In this document: positions 16,060 through 37,829 of the stretch, one piece after another | Position numbering within the stretch: the stretch's first letter is position 1 | Layout of the letters: each line of letters begins with the position of its first letter | Assembly: GCF_006345805.1 (NCBI RefSeq) | Contig: NC_043002.1 | Location: 10,168,001-10,232,000 of the forward strand | Origin: Octopus sinensis | Taxonomy: Eukaryota | Length of the DNA stretch: 64,000 bases | Direction: 5' to 3' | Position numbers and translations under genes: made by a program | Notes under the pieces: generated by a model | The model's database searches: none | The model's input: only the letters and a program-made list of their open reading frames with translations | What the model was told of the DNA's origin: nothing

Positions 16060-17350
16060 TACCTATTTCTTTACTACCCACAAGGGGCTAAACACAGAAG
16101 GGACAAACAAGGACATACATAGGTATTAAGTCGATTACATCGACCCCAGTGCGTAACTGGTACTTAATTTATCGACCCCGAAAGGATGAAAGGCAAAGTC
16201 GACCTCGGCGGAATTTGAACTCAGAACGTAGCGGCAGACGAAATACCGCTAAGCATTTCGCCCGGCGCGCTAACGTTTCTGCCAGCTCGCCGTATTTAAA
16301 AGCTCTAATTTTTACTCAGTTGCATACAGAGGTAGTTTCAGTGTCTTCTACATCTCCGAAACGATTTTAGAATATTACTTCAGTGCTCATAAGAAAGTGT
16401 AAAAGCTTTTTCACATGTGAGACACATGTGTGAGTGAAAAATACAATATTCAAGTAGATCTATTTTTCATTGGGAGAAAAATCAAAATGTATTTTATTGT
16501 TTCCAACGCAGTTATCTTGATGCCGTGTATTCAGTAACGTCAATTTGTTGCCTAGTTCTTTATCATAAGAATCCGTAAGGCGGCGTGCTGACAGAAACGT
16601 TAGCACGCCGGGCGAAATGCTTAGCAGTATTTCGTCTGCCGCTACGTTCTGAGTTCAAATTCCGCCGAGGTCGACTTTGCCTTTCATCCTTTCGGGGTCG
16701 ATAAATTAAGGACCAGTTACGCACTGGGGTCAATGTAACCGACTTAATCCGTTTGTCTGTCCTTGTTTGTCCCCTCTGTGTTTAGCCCCTTGTGGGTAGT
16801 AAAGAAATAGGTATTTCGTCTGCCGCTACGTTCTGAGTTCAAATTCCGCCGAGGTCGACTTTGCCTTTCATCCTTTCGGGGTCGATAAATTAAGGACCAG
16901 TTACGCACTGGGGTGGATATAATCGACTTAATCCGTTTTTGTGTCCTTGTTTGTCATCTCTGTGTTTAGCCCCTTGTGGGTAGTAAAGAAATAGGTATTT
17001 TGTATATCGCTACATTCTGAGTTTAAATTCGTCCGAGATCGACTCTGCTTTTCAACCTTTCAGGGTGGATTAAATAAGTAACAGATGTGTACTAGGGTCG
17101 GCGTAATCGATTTAATCTCTTCGCCAAAATTTCAGGCCTTGTGCCTACAATACAAAAGCGTATTATATCAATCTAAGGTGGCTTTGTGGCAGAAACGTTA
17201 GCACAACGTACAAAATGCTTAGCAGCATTTTGAGCCATCTTAACGTTCTGACTTCATTTTCAACTTTGCTTTTCATCCATTTGGGATTCATGAAATAAGG
17301 ACCACTTGAGCAAATAATCGACTTGTCTCCCCCACAACATTTCTGGCCTT
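16060..17350. mobile_element. Cluster of OK-like SINEs: one minus copy (16060-16292) and a head-to-tail + array (16577-17350)
   Basis: Repeated junction aaagaaatag|gtattt.gt joins each 3' end to a 5'-truncated copy. Confidence 0.85.
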
Positions 17351-18392
17351 CAACTTATTTTATAACAACAGTTAACGCAATAAAACCAAATACTTATGCG
17401 CGCTTTGTATTCAAGGTTTCTTTTAGACACTTCCCATTCTTAACTTTCTACTGTAATCTGTGTTTTCATTTTCTTTGTCTTGAATTCTAATTTTCTTTCT
17501 TGTCTGGAGAGTTATATTATGTTTTGTTGTAATTTATGGATTCATTTATTGTATTTATGGTCGGCTGTCTTGTGCTACATTCTTTTTTCAATGAAATGTT
17601 ATAATTTCGTTACATTTCGAAGCGAATTACATTGTCAAAAAATAAGCAGCATCTGAATGCTGTAGCTCCCTTTCTAAAAGTTTCTTCAATTGTACGTTTA
17701 CAAGAAAGGGATATCAATATTTTTTTGTATCGTGGATTCAGTTACAATGTTTTTCAATGGCTTGTAACAGGCTGCCTTTGTTGTGCAAAGCCGAAGGTTT
17801 TGTATTATTTCCATTACGTACTCCACTGTGAATTGTAACTTTTGAACCAATTAGAATGCCTGAGTGTCCAGGTCGCCATTATTGCGACGAAAATTTTGAC
17901 ACAAATAATAAATGCTTTATTAAAATTAAGAGTCTTAGTGTGTTTTTGGAATGGTAAATATGTGGCTTCCAGGTGATGTTGATTTAGATTCATCACAATG
18001 TCTCATGTCAAATCACTTTCGCAAATATGTCTCCAATGTTTCATTTAAATTTTGAGTATATTGCCACTGGGCTAAACAAGATTTAATATAAATTACTAAG
18101 CGAAGTAGACATTCTGTTCTTTATTCTGGAACACGCGGCTCTAAACAAAGTATTTTACGCGATTCTATATATCATGCACAGCGCTATAACTTCCCTCAAC
18201 ATCAGTACAATACCCCGGTATTCCGGGTAGGCCACTGTGACATACTTCTGTATTTTATACGGAATAATCGAGTCGACCCCTAAATGTTAATATTGTTTAA
18301 ATGATCGACTTTTCGTAGGAATTACAGCAGCAACAATATTAAAGAAATACGGAATATAATGAGATACTTTATTTGTGCTTCTTTACTAACAG

Positions 18393-26439
<8,047 letters not shown>

Positions 26440-26486
26440 CAGAAAATTCCATGTGCTGAACATTTTAATCTCTATAGTATTAACAA

Positions 26487-26502
26487 AATAAATATCAATA
26501 AA
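26487..26502 (+). terminator. Tandem polyadenylation signals of gene A (paralogous pair 54823-54838 in gene B)
   Basis: AATAAATATCAATAAA about 50 nt after the stop codon in both genes. Confidence 0.7.
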
Positions 26503-26932
26503 GTATAATACATGGAAATCAGCGTCATAATAGACTAAATGTATTGACTTTCCTTTACTTTTCTTCGTTGTTATACATGCAGAGTTTTGTGTTTGATTGT
26601 GAAAGGCCGGTGTATTTGTTTATATTAAACATAGACGTCTACCTACACATTAACATATTAGCAAGCACACATGCGTTTAACGAATTTGTGCGAAGTAAAT
26701 CCCAAATATTTTATGACTTCGTTTGAACTATTTTTTCAAAAATCGTAGACTCATCGTAGACGCGCGCTAACACCCAGAAGAGCTCGATATGAATCACGAC
26801 TATAAGATACCCGGTTTTGGTTACACTGCACCGCAAAATGTGGGAGTAGTTAGGAATCTAAATCGTAGGAGACAGACACACAACTTGACTTTTATATATA
26901 AAGATACATATATGCATATATAGATATATACT

Positions 26933-27000
<68 letters not shown>

Positions 27001-27201
27001 TATATAATATAGATAAGGGCAAAAGAAAAATTCTAATGCCAAATATGCCGAAATCTTGTAAATTATTTATAGATTTAACCTTTAGAGGTATTTTTTGATA
27101 TGCTGGCCATTGATAAAATTTTTTTCCCGAAAAAATTTTTATCCTGCATTAGTTATGTATATCTATATATCTATATCTATATATATATATATATATCTAT
27201 A

Positions 27202-27254
<53 letters not shown>

Positions 27255-27339
27255 ATATATATATATATATATAATATATACATATATATATATACATATA
27301 CACACACACGTATATATATACACAGATTGATGTATTTAT

Positions 27340-27735
27340 TGAAACAGCGAAGGGATGAGGGGATGTAGTAGTATACATCTGGGAGATCCTGGAAGGAATT
27401 GTGCCAAATTTTTTGTATCAAAACCTCCACCGATGCCGGAACGGGTCGATACTCCACAATGCCAAATATCCCAACAATGCCATCGAGCTCCATAACCACA
27501 TACTGCAACAACCTGGGTTTTAGGGGACCACAGCTTTTTAATATTCTCCCAATGAGCCTGAAGGACGTAATCAAATTGGGCGTAGGTGTTTTCAAATCAA
27601 AACTGGAACTCTTCCTGTCGAGAGTCCCAGATGAACCTACCTCGCGGCAGGAGATGCAATTGAGGGTAACGACATCAAACTCCGTTATTCACCAATTCCC
27701 ACATATTGGAAGAGTCTCTCAATAATAACATTGTA
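27340..27735 (+). mobile_element. CR1/L2-like LINE 3' fragment
   Basis: YCNNLGFRGPQLFNILP...FKSKLELFLSRVPDEP; short AAT tail. Confidence 0.75.
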
Positions 27736-27884
27736 GCAAAACGGCGGTGCCCCAGCATGGGCATACCTCTGATCTGAAACTAAGAATATACATACATACA
27801 TAAATACATACATACATACATACTTACATAAATACGTACACACACACATACATACATAAATAAATAAATATATATATATATATA

Positions 27885-28710
27885 CTAGCAGTACCGCTCG
27901 GCGTTGCTCGGGTTTGTAAGGGAAATAACTATATAAGCATTTTTAGAGATGTAAAGTATAATAGCCATCTCAATATGGCTAACCACAAAGGGGATGTTAC
28001 TGTAGCTTTTTACGTTCTGAGATTTAATAATACATTTTTAGAGAGTTACTTCCCTTATATAATAGCACAAAAATGCATTAAAAGTGGGAAAGAATGATGG
28101 TAATTTTTTTAAAAATCGTAGACTCATCGTAGACGCTTGTTAATACGCAGAAGGGCTCGATATGAATCACGACTATAAGATACCCGCTTTTGGTTACACT
28201 GCACCGCAAAATGTGGGAGTCGTTAGGAATCTAAATCGTAGGAAACAGACACACAACTTCACTTTTATATATAAAGATATATATATATATACATACGTAA
28301 ATATATATATAGTTAAATGTATATACATATATATATATATATACTAGCAGTATCACCCGGCGTTGCCTTAGAATTGGAATTTTTGAAAAGTAAAAATTTT
28401 GCATTATGTAGCTTGTTATTCTCTTTAAGTGAACATTTTTCTGGTTGAAATACACGAAAAATGGCGACAGTAAAAAAATCGTAAAAAATAGGGATTTTCA
28501 TAGAAAAAAAGCACCTTTTTGATGTAAATAAGCTTTGGTGTTAACTTGGTCGAATTTTAATTTTTTCTTCTACAGAAGGAAGAGCAAGCCTTCTTCTATC
28601 ATACTCTCAATTTTGGTCAACTTGCGCCGCAGGGTCTCAGAGGAGATAGTGTTAGTTGAAGGCTAGCAAACCTGCCATACTCAGACAACTTCAGCTTTAT
28701 ATATATAGAT
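27885..28710 (+). mobile_element. Two adjacent non-autonomous elements, possibly Helentron/HINE-like (related copies 26690-26905, 29030-29140, 58032-58680, 61748-62060)
   Basis: Shared 5' tactagcag..ccggcgttgc.cggg hairpin and 3' cttta(ta)nagat end; superfamily is inferred. Confidence 0.45.
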
Positions 28711-29165
28711 AATTGGTATGTGTTCACAAAGTCCAAACGATTAATAGGAAAAAGCCCTCCAGGCTACATCCCGAAAATTCATTTCTTTGCCGAATTTCTA
28801 CAATGTTTACTGCGATTCGTTTTTATATCTTGATTTTTTTATTTTTCATGCAATTTACGTATGCTTGCACGCGTGGTGAACACAGTTCACGTCAAACAGC
28901 TGACTGAGTAAAGTTTACTATTCAATGCATGGGATAAAACCTAAACAAACACATTATCGATTTTTGCACTTGCGAGATGAATTTCGGAACAGAAATAGCG
29001 CAGTTCAATTTTCATTCGCCTAAACTTTAAGTGACCCATTTCTGGTGGTTCTACGATTTGTTGGCTAGGAGGAGATGTGTCGGGAAGTTAAACACACAGA
29101 TACACACACAGACACACAAGTTGAGCTTTATATATATAGATATATATATAATTACACAGACACAC

Positions 29166-29206
<41 letters not shown>

Positions 29207-29208
<2 letters not shown>

Positions 29209-32110
29209 TAAGAAAATAGTAAAGTGTGAAAAAACGACAGAAGGCTTAAATGTTAAAAAATATATATATTTGTGTCAAAATGTCTGGAGAATATTGGAAA
29301 AAAATTTTTTTTTTTTTTTTTTCCTTTCCTTAAAATGACATAATTTTTAAAATTTTTAAAGAAATTACCGGTTTCGCGTGTAGCTTTTCAAATTTCTTGT
29401 GACGTTATGTTTATATTGCATGTAATTATCGTTGTTTTTATTTCCAGGAGATTTCTAAATAAGGGGAGGTAGTGAGTGATTTTTTCCGGTGTAGGGGAGA
29501 TAATCGCTTAAAATTTTTTTTTTTTTCCCTTTTCCTTGTTAATTTCTCTGTGTCAGTATGTTCGGATGGTTGAGTCTGGGTTTGTACTTTTCAATGAAGA
29601 ATGTTTCCTTGTTCAGTCTCATTTGTGTTGATGATACGAAAGCACATTGGTAAAATGGGAAGATTAAAATGTGGCAGTAGTGCTTTGCGCATTTCTCAAT
29701 GTGCTCACTAAAGGTATCATTCTATATTCTGGGAATGCAATCTGTTGTCGATGCAGTGTGCATCTGCGCCTGAGTGATAGTCCCGTGGAACCCACGTAGT
29801 CTTGGTGGCAGCCCGAGCATTTAATAACATAAATTATGTTTTCAGAGGCACAAGTTAAAGTTAGATTTGATCTTAAATTTCTGTCCCTCTTTAAGAAGAA
29901 TTCTGATCCTTCCAATAGGTTAGGACATGTTGCACAGTTCGATCTACCACATTTTTTTACTTTTGCATCCGTAATTTTAGAAGACAATTTTGCCTTTGTG
30001 AGAATCTTTTTAAGTGATTAGGCTGTTTGTAGCTTTTAAATGATTTGGTTATGTTTAGAATTTCCTTTAATTTTGGGTTTTTATGAAGTATTGGTAAATT
30101 CTGGGTGATGATGGTGAAGGCTTCTTTGTTTCTCGGGTTGTATGTAGATATGTAAGGTAGTATTTTCGGGGAAGGTGTGCTGTTGTTGTTGAACTTTTCT
30201 TAAAGTTTCTATGTTGATTTCTGTTGCACGTCTGATCCAATCCTCTATGAGTTGAGCTGGGTAATGTCTGTCAATTAGGGTGTTTTTGAGTTCTTGCAGT
30301 CTAAAGTTCCTGGTATTTTGTTCTGACACTATTGTGCATATCCTTCTTGCAAGGTTGAAGGGGATGTTTGTTTTAGTGTGTCTTGGGTGGCAGGAATTAA
30401 AAAAGAAGGTATTGTTTGGCGTCTGTGGCTTTGTAAAAAATGTCTGTTTCTATTTTAAGGTTAATTTTTAATTAGTATATCCAAGAACGGGAGCTCCTTT
30501 TGGTTGTATTCCATTGTGAACTGTATATTTGGGTTTATGCTGTTCAATAGGTTTTTAAATTTAGGAGTTTATCTATGTTTTCATTCCAGAGAATGAAACA
30601 ATCGTCTAGGAATCGTTTCCAATTCTCTTTTATGTTTGAGAGAGGGAGTTCCAAAGATTGATAGAGATTCCTGGTAAATGATTATTTCCATGTATCCCAT
30701 TGTTAAGTTCGCAATGACTGGTGCTGCCCTTGTACCCATAGCAATTCCGGATTTTTGACGGTAAAATGTATTGTCAAACATGAAGTGGTTATTGTGTAGG
30801 ATGAATTCAATTGATTTAGTAATGAATTCCTTACTGATCCTTTTTGGTATTTCTTCCGGAAATTGGTCTAACCAGAATTGTTATTGCCTCCAGTCCATAA
30901 TTATGAGGTATACTGGTATACAAGTTGACTACATCAAATGAAACCAGGATTGTTTCTTCCTTGGTTTTTTTTTGGGAGGTGGTTTAACATATCTAAGTCA
31001 TCTCTGATATGGCTATCGATATGTTTAAGGAAGGGTTTCAAGGGATGTCCATAAGTAGACTTAGTCTGTGGTTTCAACGTTGGGCCAGCTACAATGGGTC
31101 GTAGTTTTAGGTCCCCCCAGATTAGGTGTGTGTATGTATGTCTTTGGTGATTTTTAATGGTTTCATTTCTAATTTGACTTTTATGAATTTTTGGCAGACC
31201 ATAGAAAAGGCTAGGTTTGGCATTTAAAGTTGTTAGGAAATCAATCTCTTTGGTTGTCAGTTCCTTTTCATGGGTTTTAATTAGTGAAGATAGAGTTTTC
31301 ATTATTTTTTGTGGGGTGTAGTTGGTATTTTTTCATAATGTAGGTCTTCATCAAGCAAGGAAATTACAAGATTTTGTAGTATGATGTATCCATTATTACA
31401 ACTGCATTCCCTTGTCCGCTCCTTAATGGTTATATCTTCATCATTTTGGAGTTTATCAGTTCTTTCCATTGTGTAGTGTTTAAAATTTGGGTTAGCTTCT
31501 GTTTATGTATAGTATGGTAGGGGAGTTCTCAATGTGGTTACAGAATTCGTCAAGATCTTTATTCTTCCTCTGTGTGGGATGTGTTCACTTTTGTTCTTGA
31601 CTGTGATTCATCTTCAGTATTGAAACTGTTTGATGTTTCTGCTAGTCTTAATTTTCTGCAAAATTCTGTTAATATCCTTGAGTTCATTTAGGTTTGCTCT
31701 GCGTGGAGTTGGTGTAAATTGAGCCCTTTTGCGAGGATGTCAATTTTTATGTTAGAAAGAGGTTTGGAAAGATTGATTATCTTCGGCTTTTCCTTATTAC
31801 TAGGTTCCAGCCCGTGTCCTGGTGTCCCTGGTCCCTGGCTAAAAAATGTTGGGTGTAATTTTGTTTGTATGAGTTGTCTGTGAGGTTGTGTGGTATTTGG
31901 TCGGGGGAGTGGTGGTATTGTTGCCTCCGATCGTTGTGTGTGTGTGGGAATCTATGGTTGTTAATGCTTGTGGTGTGTGTAAAATTTCTGTATGGGGAAT
32001 ATTTTTGTTTCGAACTTCTTGTATGTGGGATGTTGCTTGACATAGTGTTTCTTTGCGTTTGTCTTGTGTTTAGTGGGGACCAGTAGTTTTGGTTCATGGG
32101 GTAGTAGTGA
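29207..32110 (-). mobile_element. Penelope-like retroelement (RT + GIY-YIG), 5'-longer copy, frameshifted
   Basis: Fragments encode LRPIVAGPT, GIAMGTRAAPVIANL and CASENIIYVIKCSGCHQDYVGST (GIY-YIG); the SFDVVNLYTSIP motif is read in the mirror arm. Confidence 0.92.
29359..29398 (-). ncRNA. Minimal hammerhead motif, U3:A8 variant (mirror copy 33949-33987, plus strand)
   Basis: aagaaat-TTGAAAA-gc(tacac)gc-GAAA-CCGG-TA-atttctt; perfect 7-bp stem I. Confidence 0.6.
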
Positions 32111-32112
32111 TT

Positions 32113-34175
32113 TAATGCAAACCTAGCCTTTTCTATGGTCTGCCAAAAATTCATAAAAGTCAAATTATAAATGAAACCATTAAAAAATCACCAAAGACAT
32201 ACATACACACACCTAATCTGGGGGACCTAAAACTACGACCCATTGTAGCTGGCCCAACCTGTGAAACACACAGACTAAGTCTACTTATGGACATCCTCTT
32301 GAAACCCTTCCTTAAACATATCGATAGCCATATCAGAGATGACTTAGATATGTTAAACCACCTCCCAAAAAAAACCAAGGAAGAAACAATCCTGGTTTCA
32401 TTTGATGTAGTCAACTTGTATACCAGTATACCTCATAATTATGGACTGGAGGCAATACAATTCTGGTTAGACCAATTTCCGGAAGAAATACCAAAAAAAG
32501 GATCAGTAAGGAATTCATTACTAAATCAATTGAATTCATCCTACACAATAACCACTTCATGTTTGACAATACATTTTCCGTCAAAAATCCGGAATTGCTA
32601 TGGGTACAAGGCAGCACAGTCATTGCGAACTTAACAATGGGATACATGGAAATAATCATTTACCAGGAATCTCTATCAATCTTTGGAAACTCCCTCTCTC
32701 AATACATAAAAGAGAATTGGAAACGATTCCTAGACGATTGTTTCATTCTCTGGAATGAAAACATAGATAAACTCCTAAAATTTAAAAACCTATTGAACAG
32801 CATAAACCCAAATATACAGTTCACAATGGAATACAACCAAAAGGAGCTCCCGTTCTTGGATATACTAATTAAAAAAATTAACCTTAAAATAGAAACAGAC
32901 ATTTTTTTACAAAGCCACAGACGCCAAACAATACCTTCTTTTTAATTCATGCCACCCAAGACAAACACTAACAAACATCCCCTTCAACCTTGCAAGAAGG
33001 ATATGCACAATAGTGTCAGAACAAAATACCAGGAACTTTAGACTGCAAGAACTCAAAAACACCCTAATTGACAGACATTACCCAGCTCAACTCATAGAGG
33101 ATGGGATCAGACGTGCAACAGAATCAACCATAGAAACTTTAAGAAAAGTTCAACACAACAGCACACCTTCCCCGAAAATACTACCTTACATATCTACATA
33201 CAACCCCAGAAACAAAGAAGCCTTCACACCATCATCACCCAGAATTTACCAATACTTCATAAAAACCCCAAATTAAAGGAAATTCTAAACATACACCAAA
33301 TCATAAAAGCTACAAACAGCCTAAATCACTTAAAAAGATTCTCACAAAGGCAAAATTGTCTTCTAAAATTACGGATGCAAAAGTAAAAAAATGTGGTAGA
33401 TCGAACTGTGCAACATGTCCTAACCTATTGGAAGGATCAGAATTCTTCTTTAAAGAGGGACAGAAATTTAAGATCAAATCTAACTTTACTTGTGCCTCTG
33501 AAAACATAATTTATGTTATTAAATGCTCGGGCTGCCACCAAGACTACGTGGGTTCCACGGGACTATCACTCAGGCGCAGATGCACACTGCATCGACAACA
33601 GATTGCATTCCCAGAATATAGAATGATACCTTTTAGTGAGCACATTGAGAAATGCGCAAAGCAACTACTGCCACAATTTTTAATCTTCCCATTTTACCAA
33701 TGTGCTTTCGGATCATCAACACAAATGAGACTGAACAAGGAAACATTCTTCATTGAAAAGTACAAACCCAGACTCAACCATCCGAACATACTGACACAGA
33801 GAAATTAACAAGGAAAAGGGAAAAAAAAAAAAATTTTAAGCGATTATCTCCCCTACACCGGAAAAAATCACTCACTACCTCCCCTTATTTAGAAATCTCC
33901 TGGAAATAAAAACAACGATAATTACATGCAATATAAACATAACGTCACAAGAAATTGAAAAGCTACACGCGAAACCGGTAATTTCTTTAAAAATTTTAAA
34001 AATTATGTCATTTTAAGGAAAGGAAAAAAAAAAAAAAAAAATTTTTTTCCAATATTCTCCAGACATTTTGACACAAATATATATATTTTTTAACATTTAA
34101 GCCTTCTGTCGTTTTTTCACACTTTACTATTTTCTTATATATTCACCCACGTGCTTTACCAAACAAACTTTCTTA

Positions 34176-34180
<5 letters not shown>
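32113..34180 (+). mobile_element. Penelope-like retroelement, inverted 5'-truncated copy
   Basis: Track ORFs 32287-33808: SFDVVNLYTSIP, WKRFLDDCFILW, FTMEYNQKELPFLD, GIY-YIG. Near-identical reverse complement of 29207-31227. Confidence 0.92.
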
Positions 34181-34233
<53 letters not shown>

Positions 34234-34300
34234 TATAATTAGAGATAAAACCACTATTAGGCAAATCATACAATGAAAAATTATATATATATATATATAT

Positions 34301-34905
34301 ATTGAAATTAAAACATTATTGGTGAATTGAAGAAATGGAGCTGAACGCAGATTGAACAGAAATCGTTTTATTTCATTCTACACGTGTTTCGAAAGGCACA
34401 AATTACCAAAATCCGATTGAATAATGGGACCATATTGTGTCTTTCTCTTCAGAAGAAAAAAGGAAATCCGTTGGAAAAACAAAAACAGAACAGAGGCGGA
34501 GCAAAAAACAAATCGAACTGTGCTCGCCATGGGCTCTTAGGAGCACAGTTCGATTTGTTTTTTGCTCCGCCTCTGTTCTGTTTTTGTTTTTCCAACGGAT
34601 TTTCTTTTTTCTTCCTGAAGAGAAAGACACAATATGGTCCCATTATTCAATCGGATTTTGGTAATTTGTGCCTTTCGAAACACGTGTAGAATGAAATAAA
34701 ACGATTTCTGTTCAATCTGCGTTCAGCTCCATTTCTTCAATTCACCAATAATGTTTTAATTTCAATTATCCGCACCAACGCACGGTTGCAACGCCAGATG
34801 GTTGTACCTCCAACCGTGCTGTTTACTGCTGTGATTTTTGCTACTAAGGTATCGGTTAAACTTTTGATTAATCTACTACAAGATTATTCATCTTTCTATT
34901 TCACA
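34301..34905. mobile_element. Fold-back PLE terminal repeat
   Basis: Near-perfect palindrome 34301-34766 centred near 34533; same family as 2350-3090. Confidence 0.75.
34611..34692 (+). ncRNA. Type I hammerhead ribozyme motif in a PLE terminal repeat (mirror copy 34375-34456, minus strand)
   Basis: CUGAAGA (34615-21), stem II GAAAG/CUUUC, GAAA (34677-80), palindromic CACGUG stem III, GUA triplet; stem I is short (UUC/GAA). Confidence 0.7.
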
Positions 34906-35236
34906 TAATATATATATATATATGTATAGATAGATGGATAGATAGATGGATATATATACACTGAACATGTGAAATCTTGAGATGCCTCAATATAGAAGAT
35001 ACGTCGTTTGGCTCAAAATAATTAAGCTACGTGTCCAAGGTCCACGTACAGAGAACTATAATAGAGATCAGTGTGAGTTAATATGAAGATAGTTTTGCCA
35101 TTATCGTATGCAAACAATTCATTTTATTGTACAATGAATAAATAAATAATAAATTATTTTTCTTTCCTGCATTAATGTATATTATGACATTTGTATATAT
35201 ATTAGGATATGTTTATAAGTATATATATATATAACG

Positions 35237-35326
<90 letters not shown>

Positions 35327-35340
35327 GTATATTCATACAT

Positions 35341-35377
<37 letters not shown>

Positions 35378-35487
35378 CATATACATATAGATATATATGT
35401 ATATATGTATGTGTATGCGTGTGTATATATATATATATACATGTATATATGTATATATGTATGTACGTATGTATGTACGTATGTATG

Positions 35488-35545
<58 letters not shown>

Positions 35546-36539
35546 TATATAGGAACAGACACATAAACACGCATGCACACACACCACACATACACAGTCA
35601 TACGTGCACGAAGACATCTATATACCAGGTCGTAAAATATAAAGACTGTAAGTATAAGATGAAAATAATTAATTCACCAATCAACATTCAGAGAGCGATG
35701 TCGTCTCGAAAACTTTATCATATGCAAACAATACATTTTATTGTATAATGAATAAATAAATGATAAATTATTTTTCTTTCCTATTTTAAAATATATTAGG
35801 ACATTAGTGAATAGAGTCACAACATGTCGAAATATTATTTGTTTTCTTTTTTATGTAGTATACGAATGTAATTTGTGAGGTGACTCCAAATTTGTTATTT
35901 ATTTATTGTGTGTACGCCCCCAGACGATGAAGTAGGCTAGCCCAATACGTAGATATAGAGGAAGAAGTCTAGATGTCAGAGTGGAGTAGAGTTGAGTAGA
36001 GGTCATCCGAACGTGCGACATAACATTATTCCAGAAACAAATTTGTGAAAATATTACAGTTGCTCAAAATTCAATAATTTTTAGAATTTTCAGCCAATCA
36101 AAAACATCGCGTTCACTGCCTCTTCCATCATCTGCTACAGTATTGCGAAAAAGCTGGAGTGCGCCGGCATGTAAAAACATTAGAAATAACAGTGAAAAGC
36201 ATTAACGCATACGCGAGCAAATTAAATATTTAAAAACTGCGAGCAAACCAAGTGAAGTTGCTAGAATTAACAGTCAAAACATTGCTTAAAACAGACTTTT
36301 ATTAGTTTAAAATATTCAAGAACGAAACTTTACAAGATTTTATAGAATCGATTATTTTTCTGATATCTCCTTTTACGCAAATTCGCAGATATAAGAATCA
36401 GTCATTGGACGGTGCGTCCCACATCAGCGTTTGTTTTCACGCTTTAAAGACGCCCATGTTCTCTAAATCTGTTAAGTATGAGTCTCATTTATGAGTTTAT
36501 AGATTCAATGGTATTTTTCACAGTTTTGTTTGAAATTAC

Positions 36540-37200
36540 AGCTATCGCTTTCTAAACTCGCCACAGATCACTGAAGATAGTGGTTCCTGGAAGAATTGTG
36601 TGTCGTATGCAGTCTTCTAGTGTTTCGCGGATACGACTTGTTACAGCGTGAAAAAAAACTTCCCTCTTCTCGCGGCATACTCCTCCAAAGACCCACTGTT
36701 CAGGTGACAGCCGCCATCAGTTGCAATTGCACTTTGAGTACACTGTCTCCTCTATCTCATCTATATTTCCGAGACCGCCTATCTGGACTGGGTTGCGGAG
36801 CAGGTCCTCTGCAAACAACTCATGAACATAAATGGTGTAAGGAACAGCAGTGCTTGGATTCATACCCAGTTCTTCCGTACAAAAGCGGATTGAGGTAATT
36901 TCCCAGTGTTGTTCTCTGAGCCACTTTCCAACCTTGTAGTCCTTCAGAAAGACAAAGACACATTGCAGTCTCTACGTTGGCAACTCCTATACAAATTCAC
37001 ACGAATTGTCCTTTCTTACAATTTTTCTTTTCTGGTATTATTACCTTCTCTTGGAAGAAATATGCTGCATCCCTTGTATTTTCCATCAAACAGGAAAGGT
37101 ATAAAGTTTTGGCCATCTCGTTACTGTTCTAAAATCTCTATACCGATCTCGAATCGAATTCCTACTCTTATGAAAAATTATGGAACAGTCCTTGTGGTTA
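36540..37200 (-). mobile_element. Merlin/ISXO2-like (IS1595-family DDE) transposase relic
   Basis: Minus strand gives VQIGGLGNIDEIGE...EQWVFGGVCRE and IRHTILPGTTIFSDLWR; contains stops. Confidence 0.82.
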
Positions 37201-37252
37201 CACCCATTGTGCGCTTATCGTATCCATTATTTATATAAGGATATATATATAA

Positions 37253-37329
<77 letters not shown>

Positions 37330-37369
37330 TATATATATATATCGTCCGAGAAAATAATATTGTTTCGCT

Positions 37370-37790
37370 GCTCTAGGGACCAATTCTGTAGGTTTTACTC
37401 CACTCTAAACGCGCTTAGCAACGTTTGTTTTCGAAAGTAGTGGTTTTCTGATTGAAGCCCTCCAGAGAAATCCAGCTTGTGCAGCTCCTGGTGAAAGTTT
37501 TTGTGGAAACTGGGTTCTCGAGGTGATCATTAAGCTCTGCAATAATTTTGTGATCCTTTCTCACAATTCGCGTAAGAATCCGACGTTTCCAGCAATTTGG
37601 CTTCTTTGAGAGTCAAATATATATATCATTTTAATAAATTCTATTTAACTTTTTTTGATGATATAGCCATTTTAGGAAAACATATTAAGCAAGACTAATA
37701 ATAAATACAAAAACGTAACGGTTTTTTAGATATTTCAAAATTATGATGCTATGACACTAGGTGCTTCCATTATTTTGTCCAAACCCTGTA
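37370..37790 (-). mobile_element. Tc1 5' remnant, same family as above
   Basis: Homologous to 21826-22279; TIR ...tgtccaaaccctgta. Confidence 0.8.
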
Positions 37791-37829
37791 TTTGGAAAAC
37801 AACGGTTGATAGGGAATGCATGTAATTTT

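Noticed and set aside
16577-17165. Repeat array resembling CRISPR or a tRNA cluster
   Set aside because: The units are ~180-230-bp SINE copies with no unique spacers or cas genes, and the heads do not form complete tRNAs.
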